A stretch of 64,000 nucleotides of DNA from Bacillota bacterium (lineage in GTDB: Bacteria; Bacillota; UBA5301; JAMCQP01): contig JAMCQP010000034.1 in the NCBI GenBank assembly GCA_023381695.1, positions 72,617 to 136,616 of the forward strand, written 5' to 3'. Of this stretch, positions 9,157-16,495 are shown piece by piece (the stretch's first letter is position 1; each line of letters opens with the position of its first letter). The notes under the pieces are model-generated. The model did no database searches and was not told where the DNA came from. It saw nothing but the letters and a program-made list of their open reading frames with translations. A program made the position numbers and the translations under genes.

Positions 9157-9555
9157 TTACCGTTTGGCTACAATAGTTATAAGGAAGATAAAAAAGCTGA
9201 TTATAGCTGCCATCATCATGCCAAATGGTAGATCAATGCCCGTAAATATGTGGTATGCGGAATTAACCCGTTGGTCAATGGTGTCCAACTTCTGTCCGAC
9301 GGCGTCAAACCCTCGATCCGTAGCCCGCTGAAAAGTATCGATGCTTTGATTTACAGTGTCGAGCCGCTGGCTCATGATGTCAAAGTTTTTATGTACGCTT
9401 GTAAATCGTTGATCCACATGATCGAATCGCTGCTCCAAAGTTGTAAATCTATTGTACATGAAATCCAATTGTCTGGCGATAAGGCCCTCGAGCTTTTTAC
9501 AATCGCTTTTTTCCTCACCTATTATCGGTTGATTGGTTTTCTCCAGACTATCCAT
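9157..9555 (-). CDS. Tail-anchored coiled-coil/heptad-repeat protein (paralogue A)
   Basis: ATG lies 7 nt after GAAGGAGA. It contains QRFDHVD/QRFTSVH/QRLDTVN/QKLDTID heptads and a single C-terminal TM helix (FGMMMAAIISFFIFLITIVA). Confidence 0.6.
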   Translation of the reverse strand: MDSLEKTNQPIIGEEKSDCKKLEGLIARQLDFMYNRFTTLEQRFDHVDQRFTSVHKNFDIMSQRLDTVNQSIDTFQRATDRGFDAVGQKLDTIDQRVNSAYHIFTGIDLPFGMMMAAIISFFIFLITIVAKR

Positions 9556-9572
9556 ATGCTCATCTCCTTCAA

Positions 9573-9941
9573 TCAATTTTTGAACCACATGCTTACAACC
9601 AGTGCGGTAAAGCTGGCAAGGGTGCCAATCACCAGGGCGATAATCCAGTGGTTATTGCCATCGATCTTTTGGTCGGTGGCGTCAAATCGCTTATTGATCC
9701 CATCAATGCGGTCACTGACCCCATCAATGCGGTCACTGACCCCATCAATGCGTTCATTGACCCCATCAATGCGTTCATTGACTCCATCAATGCGCTTATT
9801 GACATCCTTCAATTCTGTTTTAACCTCGCCGATCTCCTTTTCAAGCTTGCCCAGATACTTTTCCGGCCAATCCACATGATCATCTCCTTCACTGGTTGTT
9901 GCTTCTTCGTGAAAAGCGCAGGCTAGTTCAGATATGACCAT
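9573..9941 (-). CDS. Tail-anchored heptad-repeat protein (paralogue B)
   Basis: ATG lies 5 nt after GGGGGAGGGG. The heptad RIDGV(N/S)(E/D) is repeated five or more times, and there is a C-terminal TM helix (WIIALVIGTLASFTALVVSMW). Confidence 0.6.
   Translation of the reverse strand: MVISELACAFHEEATTSEGDDHVDWPEKYLGKLEKEIGEVKTELKDVNKRIDGVNERIDGVNERIDGVSDRIDGVSDRIDGINKRFDATDQKIDGNNHWIIALVIGTLASFTALVVSMWFKN
9678..9803. repeat. 21-bp in-frame tandem repeat (5 good units plus 1 degenerate)
   Basis: The unit is cccatcaatgcggtcactgac. Copies at 9699-9719 and 9720-9740 are identical. Copies at 9741-9761 and 9762-9782 are identical to each other (cccatcaatgcgttcattgac). A variant lies at 9783-9803 and a degenerate copy at 9678-9698. 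Confidence 0.9.
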
Positions 9942-10224
9942 TTTTTCCCCTCCCCCTGGTCCAAGTATATCACGATACACAAATAGTGTAAAATGCCGGG
10001 CGGGTTACAGAATGGGAGAAAAAGCCGCGAACAGGGGAGATAATCGGAAACAGCCGTGCCTTTTGGCATTCCATAGAAAATTTGTTCGCAAAGATAACAG
10101 GGCATAAAGGGCGGGAAGATCACTATTTGTGTAAATTGCCTTTGCCACGATTTTATGTTATTTTTAAGGCAGGAGTGTTTAGGGTGAGGGTGTCAGGGTT
10201 ATGAGCATTGAAGAGGGTTGAGGG

Positions 10225-11106
10225 GTGATAAGCTTGACCGAGCAAGAGATTGTCGTAACTGCTGGTATGCCGGTGGTTGGGGCAAAATGTGCTTACTGCG
10301 GCAAGGAACTACAAGCTGGAGATCTGGCGGTGGTCTGCCCCCGCTGCAAGAAGCCGCACCACAGCCGGTGCTGGAAGGAGAAGGCCGGGTGCGCCACCCT
10401 TGGTTGCCCGCAGGTGGCCGAGGCGGTTCGGACGGAGAAGACCGACCGTGCAGGAGACAGGCTGGCCCAGGCGGCCCGGGAAGGCGTACGCCGGCGGAGA
10501 ACCTGGCTGACAGTCGCGGCCGTTGTCATCGCCGCCGGGGTGATGATTGCCGGTTTCGGTCTGGGGACCTTCGGAACCCGCCGGGAAGCGGCGGACAAAA
10601 GGGCCGTCATCACGGTCCTGCTCCCGGTCTCCGCCGAATCACCCGATTTAACCCGCATTGCGGAGAAGTTCAACCGCCAGAGCAGGGACAGCCGCGTGGA
10701 GATGAGCATTGTTCCCTTTGGGGCTTATGAGCAAAAGCTGGTGGTGCTCCTGGCGGCTCAGGATGCCCCGGATGTCTTCGCCCTTCCCCCGGATCGGTTT
10801 GAACTGTTTGCTTCCAGGGGGGTCTTCTTGCGGCTTGATTCTCTGGACGGCCCAGATCAGGCGGCGCCTGGCAACCCGCCCGCGGAGTGGCTCAAATACG
10901 CCAGGGTGGGGGACATTCTGTATGGATTTCCTCATCCCCGATTCGGGCAGATTCTTGGCATCGCTGCTGCCAGCAAGCATCCGCAGGCGGCCCGGGAATT
11001 CTTGAAGTTCTACTTTGCCAATCTCCAGCCGGCAGATATGGAGGGCTCTCCGCGAAAAAGCCCGCAGAATCCCCAGAGCTTGCCATTTGGGCCGGGAATT
11101 TTTTAA
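10225..11106 (+). CDS. Prokaryotic RING-like zinc finger - TM helix - truncated solute-binding-protein-like domain fusion
   Basis: N-terminal CAYCGKEL..VVCPRCKKPHHSRCW..CATLGC looks like Prok-RING_1. A TM helix (WLTVAAVVIAAGVMIAGFGLG) follows, then an SBP family-1-like stretch (ITVLLP..IAEKFN..YEQKLVVLLAAQDAPDVF). Confidence 0.65.
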   Translation: MISLTEQEIVVTAGMPVVGAKCAYCGKELQAGDLAVVCPRCKKPHHSRCWKEKAGCATLGCPQVAEAVRTEKTDRAGDRLAQAAREGVRRRRTWLTVAAVVIAAGVMIAGFGLGTFGTRREAADKRAVITVLLPVSAESPDLTRIAEKFNRQSRDSRVEMSIVPFGAYEQKLVVLLAAQDAPDVFALPPDRFELFASRGVFLRLDSLDGPDQAAPGNPPAEWLKYARVGDILYGFPHPRFGQILGIAAASKHPQAAREFLKFYFANLQPADMEGSPRKSPQNPQSLPFGPGIF

Positions 11107-11186
11107 GAAACGGGTTTTGAACATGGCGGGGTCCGGCATATGGTAGTGTGGGGACACGTCCCTTTTAACTTGAAGGGGGTGGCAAT

Positions 11187-11933
11187 GTGGAAACCGCCGA
11201 AAACCTGGAGATTGTGGAGCTTCAAAAGGATCTGGGCCGGTTTGCCCTTTCCCAGGACGTGGATCTCTTTGGGGTGGCCGACCTGGCAAAATATGGAAAC
11301 GCTTTGATGGGCCATGGGAACAACTTCCTGGGGCGGTTCAAGCGGGGGCTCTCCGTGGGTCTTCATCTCAGCGACGCGGTGGTGGACGGCCTGGAATATC
11401 CCGACGACAGGGGGCTGGCCCTCACCTACCGTTTCCATGTCTACGAAGTGGTGAACTTGCTCCTGGACAAGATCGCGCTCGGGCTGGCAGCCCGTCTGCA
11501 GAACGCCGGGTATGTGGCGTACCCGGTGCCAGCTTCGCAAACCATTGATCAGGAACGGTTCATGGGAATTATCTCCCATAAACTGGTGGCCAACCTGGCG
11601 GGCCTGGGGTGGATCGGGAAGAATTGCCTGCTGGTTACGCCGGAATTTGGGCCGCGGGTGCGGTTTGCCACCGTGCTCACCGACGCCCCATTGCGGCCGG
11701 CGGTGTTGCAGTTGGGATCCCGGTGCGGCAGCTGCACCCTGTGCGTGGAAACATGCCCGGCCGGGGCGTTTACCGGGGCGGCCTTTGCTCCGGACGAGCC
11801 GAGGGAAGCGCGTTTCGCCCCCGGGGCCTGCTCGGAATATTGCCGGCGGCGCAAGGAAGAATGGGGAATAGAGCTGAGGGGTTCTTTTTGCGGCCGGTGC
11901 GTCTACATCTGCCCATGGGGGCGGAAGTCATAA
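11187..11933 (+). CDS. QueG-like (epoxyqueuosine reductase family) 4Fe-4S protein
   Basis: ISHKLVANLAGLGWIGKNCLLVTPEFGPRVRFATVLTDAPL, followed by CGSCTLCVETCPAGAF and CGRCVYICPWG. GTG start. Confidence 0.65.
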   Translation: METAENLEIVELQKDLGRFALSQDVDLFGVADLAKYGNALMGHGNNFLGRFKRGLSVGLHLSDAVVDGLEYPDDRGLALTYRFHVYEVVNLLLDKIALGLAARLQNAGYVAYPVPASQTIDQERFMGIISHKLVANLAGLGWIGKNCLLVTPEFGPRVRFATVLTDAPLRPAVLQLGSRCGSCTLCVETCPAGAFTGAAFAPDEPREARFAPGACSEYCRRRKEEWGIELRGSFCGRCVYICPWGRKS

Positions 11934-12373
11934 GATAGCTTCAAAAAAATCTGGGCCAGGACAATTCCGAAGAGATCCGCCGCCAGATCCGAGATACTGG
12001 CGTTTCTGCCGGGCACAAAGAACTGGTGGAATTCGTCGCTCAAAGCGTAAGCAAACCCGATGGAGACTGGAAGAGAGACGCAAACGCGAAAGGAGCTTCC
12101 GCGGGCGTTGCTCTTGATTCCTGGAGGGTTTTGCAAAGAATCCCGCATTCTCCCGGCCGATCTGATAGTGATTCCCAACAGGCCACCGAGCCCCAGATAC
12201 TCCAGGGCATGCATCACATAGTCCGGAGCGGGCAAGGAGATCCGGCTGCCGGGCAATGAAGAGAAGTGGTAGATGGCGCCCATGTATGCCAGGGTGAGGA
12301 GGCCGTAAAAGACGGTGAGTTCCCTGGCCTTTTGGTATCCGGTGGAGTCGCTTCTTCCGGGCATTTTGAACAT
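11903..12373 (-). CDS. VanZ-like family membrane protein
   Basis: AIYHFSSLPG..HALEYLGLGGL..SDEFHQFFVPGRNASISDLAADLFG matches the VanZ signature. Confidence 0.75.
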   Translation of the reverse strand: MFKMPGRSDSTGYQKARELTVFYGLLTLAYMGAIYHFSSLPGSRISLPAPDYVMHALEYLGLGGLLGITIRSAGRMRDSLQNPPGIKSNARGSSFRVCVSLPVSIGFAYALSDEFHQFFVPGRNASISDLAADLFGIVLAQIFLKLSYDFRPHGQM

Positions 12374-12508
12374 CTCCTCTGCTGGTGAAGGCGGGTAATC
12401 TGGCCGTTGCTTGCGCCCATCTTTTCAATTATAATGCGGTTAGAAGGATCAAACAAGTTTTTTAAGCGGGGAGGTTTGAGTGGAGTGGTTAAAAGGGGGG
12501 AGCACACT

Positions 12509-13024
12509 ATGGTCCCATCTTCCGGAAAGGTTTACTACATTACTTTTGCCAGTCCTTTTGGGACAGGCTATCTGGCTTCGACGAGCCTGGGAGTCTGCCG
12601 GATCGAACTCAAGAAAGATCGGCGCGACGACTTTTTCCAGTGGCTGGCGCGGATCTTCGGCCAAAATGAACTGGTAGAGGACCCTTCTCCAAGTGCACCG
12701 GCGCTTGAGGAACTGGACAGGTACTTCGCCGGGCGCCTTACCGCCTTCACCTGCCCTCTGGATCTGCGCGGTACGGACTTTCAACGGAAGGTATGGGCAG
12801 CGCTGCTCAAGATTCCTTTCGGCCGGACGGCCAGTTACCGGGAGGTGGCGGCGGCGATTGGCAAGCCGCAAGCGGCAAGAGCGGTAGGTTCCGCCAATCA
12901 TGCCAACCCGGTGCCGGTGATCGTTCCCTGCCACCGGGTGGTCGGCGCCGATGGCGGCCTGGTGGGATACGGGGGTGGGCTGGATGTGAAGCGTTATCTG
13001 CTCGGGTTGGAAGGCGCGGTATAA
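12509..13024 (+). CDS. ogt: Methylated-DNA--protein-cysteine methyltransferase
   Basis: Active-site PCHRVV, plus TASYREVAAAIG and GGLDVKRYLL. The ATG at 12509 is preferred over the ORF-track start at 12407. Confidence 0.85.
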   Translation: MVPSSGKVYYITFASPFGTGYLASTSLGVCRIELKKDRRDDFFQWLARIFGQNELVEDPSPSAPALEELDRYFAGRLTAFTCPLDLRGTDFQRKVWAALLKIPFGRTASYREVAAAIGKPQAARAVGSANHANPVPVIVPCHRVVGADGGLVGYGGGLDVKRYLLGLEGAV

Positions 13025-13063
13025 AGGGCACTTTGCAGCCGGAGGGTTGATGGGGGTTCCGGC

Positions 13064-13786
13064 TCAGCCGCCGGGGGCTTTGTACCAGAGGTGGCTTATG
13101 TCCACATGCCGGAGCGCGCCCAGAAGGATCTCCCGCACGTTTGGATTCGTGGCCTCCAGGCGGTCAATGAGCTCCTTCACCTCCTGGCGCCTTGTTTTCC
13201 CGCTGGCGGGGCACGGATTGAAGGTCACCGGGAAGTTCAGGGTTTCGGCGACCCCCCTGATGGTTTTTTCAAACACATAAACCATCGGCCGGATCAGGAT
13301 AAGCCTTTGCCGGTCGAGGTAGGTGAACGGGAGAAAGCTTCTGATTCTTCCCTCGTAAAAGAGCGAAAGAAGCAGCGTTTCAATGGCGTCGTCGGCGTGG
13401 TGGCCGAGCGCCACTTTATTGCACTCCAGGCGTTTGGCCACGTGGTGGAGCGTACCGCGCCGCATCCTGGCGCAGAGCGCGCAGGGGTTGGGTTCCCGCC
13501 GTTCTTCAAAGATCATGGGGCCGATACGGGTCTCCTCCACATGCCAGGGGACTCCGTGCTCCTCGCAAAATCGGGCCAGAGCGGCGTGGCTTTCCGGATC
13601 CCGGTCCCAGCCCAGATCCAGAGTGATTGCCGTGAGGTCGAACTTCACGGGAGCGATCTTGCGCAGTCCAGCCAGCACGTAGAGCAAGGTCAGGCTGTCT
13701 TTGCCTCCGGAAAGGCCGATGGCCACCCGATCACCTTCTTCGATCATCCGGTAGTCGGCGACAGCTTTACCGACCTTCTGCCACAA
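13064..13786 (-). CDS. ttcA: tRNA 2-thiocytidine biosynthesis protein TtcA-like PP-loop ATPase
   Basis: PP-loop GLSGGKDSLTL, the CALCARMRRG motif and a C-terminal NPCPASG. The TTG start is uncertain (see finding). Confidence 0.85.
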   Translation of the reverse strand: MWQKVGKAVADYRMIEEGDRVAIGLSGGKDSLTLLYVLAGLRKIAPVKFDLTAITLDLGWDRDPESHAALARFCEEHGVPWHVEETRIGPMIFEERREPNPCALCARMRRGTLHHVAKRLECNKVALGHHADDAIETLLLSLFYEGRIRSFLPFTYLDRQRLILIRPMVYVFEKTIRGVAETLNFPVTFNPCPASGKTRRQEVKELIDRLEATNPNVREILLGALRHVDISHLWYKAPGG

Positions 13787-14185
13787 TGCGCTTCGAACGG
13801 CCTTTCCATGTGGACCTCCCCCTGAACGGACATGTCTGTATCTATTGCATGTGTTCTATTCCATCGAGATGATTCTACCAGCCCTGTTTAATACCTTACC
13901 TTGTTCTTTAAACGCCCGATTTTTCCTGCCATACCAATTTCTCCCGCCACATCGCCCGGCGTGGTGGCCTGGAGATCCAGAGAGCATCCAAGCGCATACC
14001 CGTGACGGCCGGAGGGCTGTTTACAGGTTTTGCTTCGGCAGACGGGCGCCAGAATTAGTCATCTTTGGCAGCTGTTACCAGCCTGCGCCCCGCCTTGATC
14101 GGTTTGCCCCGGAGCAGTATGATTAATCCAGGATCTCAGGTATACCCTGAATCCACCCCCGGTAAAATACCGGGGGTTTGATCTG

Positions 14186-14461
14186 GTGATCAATGCACTT
14201 GCGGAAAAGCTGACAAGAAGGTATAATTATCAAACTGGTAATAAAAAGCGGGAGGGGAAAGCCCTGCTCTTCAACATCGTGGAGATCCACAAATGCCCTG
14301 CATGCGGCAAGGAGTTTGGTTTTACGGAGATCTACTCCCACGACCACGATAACATCCGGGAGAGGGAAGTGAGGTACAGGCCCGGGTTTTGCCCGGCATG
14401 CCGGGCAAAACCCGGCCAATCACCTTATTCCACCGGACAGCCAAAAATCACGAGTAAATGA
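14186..14461 (+). CDS. Doubtful small CPAC..CPAC zinc-ribbon ORF (may be a non-coding leader)
   Basis: This is an ORF-track ORF only. A good promoter sits inside it, no SD is well spaced from any in-frame start, and the second CPAC motif is encoded by a perfect palindrome that also yields a mirror ORF on the other strand. Confidence 0.25.
   Translation: MINALAEKLTRRYNYQTGNKKREGKALLFNIVEIHKCPACGKEFGFTEIYSHDHDNIREREVRYRPGFCPACRAKPGQSPYSTGQPKITSK
14199..14227 (+). promoter_or_regulatory. Sigma-A-like promoter (TTGCGG N17 TATAAT)
   Basis: TTGCGG at 14199-14204, a 17-nt spacer, and a perfect TATAAT at 14222-14227. It lies inside the predicted 14186 ORF. Confidence 0.4.
14383..14416. repeat. 34-bp perfect palindrome (17+17, no loop)
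   Basis: ccgggttttgcccggca|tgccgggcaaaacccgg, read directly from the sequence. It lies 55 nt upstream of the ferredoxin-like gene start. Confidence 0.95.
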
Positions 14462-14470
14462 GGGATCAGA

Positions 14471-14872
14471 ATGTCCAGAAGAAAGATCGTGCGGATTGAC
14501 GAGAAACTGTGCACTGGTTGCGGAAACTGTGTTTCACCATGCGCCGAGGGAGCCATCGAGATTGTCGATGGGAAGGCCAGGGTGATTCGGGAGGAGCTCT
14601 GCGATGGGGCGGGTTTCTGCATCGGGCTTTGTCCGACCGGCGCCCTGTCCATTGAGGAACGCGACGCGGAAGATTTCAACGAGGAAGCGGTGGAAGAGCA
14701 CAGGCGGCAGCGGGAAGCGGAAAAGGCCGCCGGCTCCCACAGGGAATCGGAGATCTTCTGCTTTCGTTGCAGGAGCAGCGAGGCGGACCTCCCATTGTTA
14801 CCCGTCCGCCGCCAGGGCAAGAGCGAATGGGTCTGTGTGAGATGCCTGCCGGCACTTATTCATGGGGAATAA
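14471..14872 (+). CDS. 4Fe-4S dicluster ferredoxin-domain protein with C-terminal zinc-ribbon
   Basis: CTGCGNCVSPCAEGAI and CDGAGFCIGLCPTGAL, with a C-terminal CFRC..CVRC. ATG lies 5 nt after GAGGGA. Confidence 0.75.
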   Translation: MSRRKIVRIDEKLCTGCGNCVSPCAEGAIEIVDGKARVIREELCDGAGFCIGLCPTGALSIEERDAEDFNEEAVEEHRRQREAEKAAGSHRESEIFCFRCRSSEADLPLLPVRRQGKSEWVCVRCLPALIHGE

Positions 14873-14874
14873 CC

Positions 14875-16236
14875 CTACCCACGCCCGAGGCTTGCTTTTT
14901 GTGAAAGGGTGCGGAGACGCAACCGGAGGCCGTACAGCCCGAACGAACCGGCGGCCGTCAGGCACAGGAGCGCGGCGGCCGCCAGGACGCCGGGCGGCGA
15001 CCAGCGGTCATACATGGCGCCCCCGCCCACCGGGCCGATCATCCGCCCGGCCGAGGTGGCCCCGCCCAAAACTCCCTGGAAGAGCCCCATCCGGCCTGCG
15101 GGAGCCAGTTCACCCACGGCCGCCGGCAGCGCGGGAAGTACCAGCATCTCACCCAGCGTCAGGATGACCATACCGGCGATAAACCACTCGTATCGGGGGT
15201 GCTGCCAGATCAGGGCAAACGCTGCCGCAAACAATAACGTCCCGGTGATCATTTCCGCCCGCAGTCCCTTCAGGAATCGCCTGACCACGGCGGCAACCAG
15301 CGGCTGGCCAACCACGATCAGGACCCCGTTGATGGTCCAGAGCAAACTGTAGGAGGCCAGACTGTAGCCCAGGCTCCGCATGTACACCGAGATGACCGCC
15401 TGCCACTGGGCGTAAGACATCCAGATAAAAACCACGCCCAGCGTGATGAGCCCCAGGTTAACAAGGGAAAACCCGCGATTCCTCGCGAAATCGTGATCCA
15501 GCGCAGAAGATGCCTTTCCGCCGCTTCCGCCATTTTCCTTGGCGGAGGTGGCTTTCGGTTCCCCGGAGGAATCTTCCTCGGGCCCCATGACGGGCTCCAT
15601 GATGTAGATGTTTTCGCCTCCTGTGGCCTGGACTCCGGGGAGTTTCCACGGGATAAACCGCAGTACCAGAATCGCATATGTCAGCGTGGCCCCGGCGTTT
15701 CCCAGAAAGGCCAGGCTAAACGAAATCCCGGCCAGCACACCGCCGACGGCTGTCCCGATGGCCACCCCGGCGTTGCGGGCCACGTAGAGGAAGTTGAACC
15801 CCCGCCGGCCGCCGGCCGGCCAGACATGCGCCACCAGGGCGTTGGTCACCGGGTCAATCAGCCCGTAACTGACTCCGAGAATGCCCATTGCCACCACATA
15901 TACCGGCCACACCCGGACCAGCCCGATAACCGTCAGCATGCTTGCCGCCAGAAAGAGCCCCGCCAGCATTACCACCTTGCCGCCAAACCTGTCAAAAAGC
16001 GCTCCTCCCACCAGCTGCCCCGCCAATGAGGCGCCGGCCTGAAGCATCAGGACAAGCCCGGCAATGGTCAGCGGCTTTCCCAGGGCAAAGTGGATGTAGA
16101 TGGTATTCAACGGCCAGACAAAGGATGCCCCGGTGCTGGAGATCAGCCCGCCGAGCGCCAGTATCCAGACCAGCCGGGGCACCTCCCCCGTGGAATCAAA
16201 CCCGAACTGCCGCAACAGCCGTTCCACCGCCACCAT
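14875..16236 (-). CDS. MFS transporter
   Basis: About 12 predicted hydrophobic helices and a central hydrophilic loop. An MFS-like motif (GGALFDRFGGK) is present. The ATG at 16236 (MVAVERLL) is preferred to the longer ORF. Confidence 0.8.
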   Translation of the reverse strand: MVAVERLLRQFGFDSTGEVPRLVWILALGGLISSTGASFVWPLNTIYIHFALGKPLTIAGLVLMLQAGASLAGQLVGGALFDRFGGKVVMLAGLFLAASMLTVIGLVRVWPVYVVAMGILGVSYGLIDPVTNALVAHVWPAGGRRGFNFLYVARNAGVAIGTAVGGVLAGISFSLAFLGNAGATLTYAILVLRFIPWKLPGVQATGGENIYIMEPVMGPEEDSSGEPKATSAKENGGSGGKASSALDHDFARNRGFSLVNLGLITLGVVFIWMSYAQWQAVISVYMRSLGYSLASYSLLWTINGVLIVVGQPLVAAVVRRFLKGLRAEMITGTLLFAAAFALIWQHPRYEWFIAGMVILTLGEMLVLPALPAAVGELAPAGRMGLFQGVLGGATSAGRMIGPVGGGAMYDRWSPPGVLAAAALLCLTAAGSFGLYGLRLRLRTLSQKASLGRG

Positions 16237-16495
16237 GATCCACTCCCATGCCGCCCGCCTGCCGCGTGCTATTTCAACAATATCACCATTATAACCCCTT
16301 TGCCGCCTGTTGTCTACGAACGCCCTTTTGCGCGCGCCCACCGCCGCGGCAAGAAAGTGTAAAAGCACTACGGCTGCGGTTTTGCCATAGCATAAAGGCG
16401 GATCTGGCGGTTGCCCTGGGAGGTGGATTCAACCAGCTTGCCGTTGACCTCAAAATAGGGCCATGCCATTTTCCAAACGGTACCATACTATCACA

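Noticed and set aside
9678-9803. Possible CRISPR array
   Set aside because: The 21-bp units are directly contiguous with no spacers. They are in frame inside a coding sequence, and no cas genes are present.
9250-9926. Plus-strand ORFs (9250-9879, 9648-9926) with PSMRSLT / PINAVTD repeats
   Set aside because: These are the same 21-bp DNA repeats read on the other strand. Neither has an SD, and one ORF spans both minus-strand genes. The minus-strand genes have strong SDs, ATG starts and coherent tail-anchor topology.
13091-13825. 244-aa plus-strand ORF
   Set aside because: It is antisense to ttcA, which has the PP-loop SGGKDS motif on the minus strand.
14123-14419. 98-aa minus-strand ORF
   Set aside because: Its N-terminus (MAGFCPACRAKPG) is the mirror image produced by the 34-bp palindrome. 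It has no SD and overlaps a plus-strand promoter and leader.
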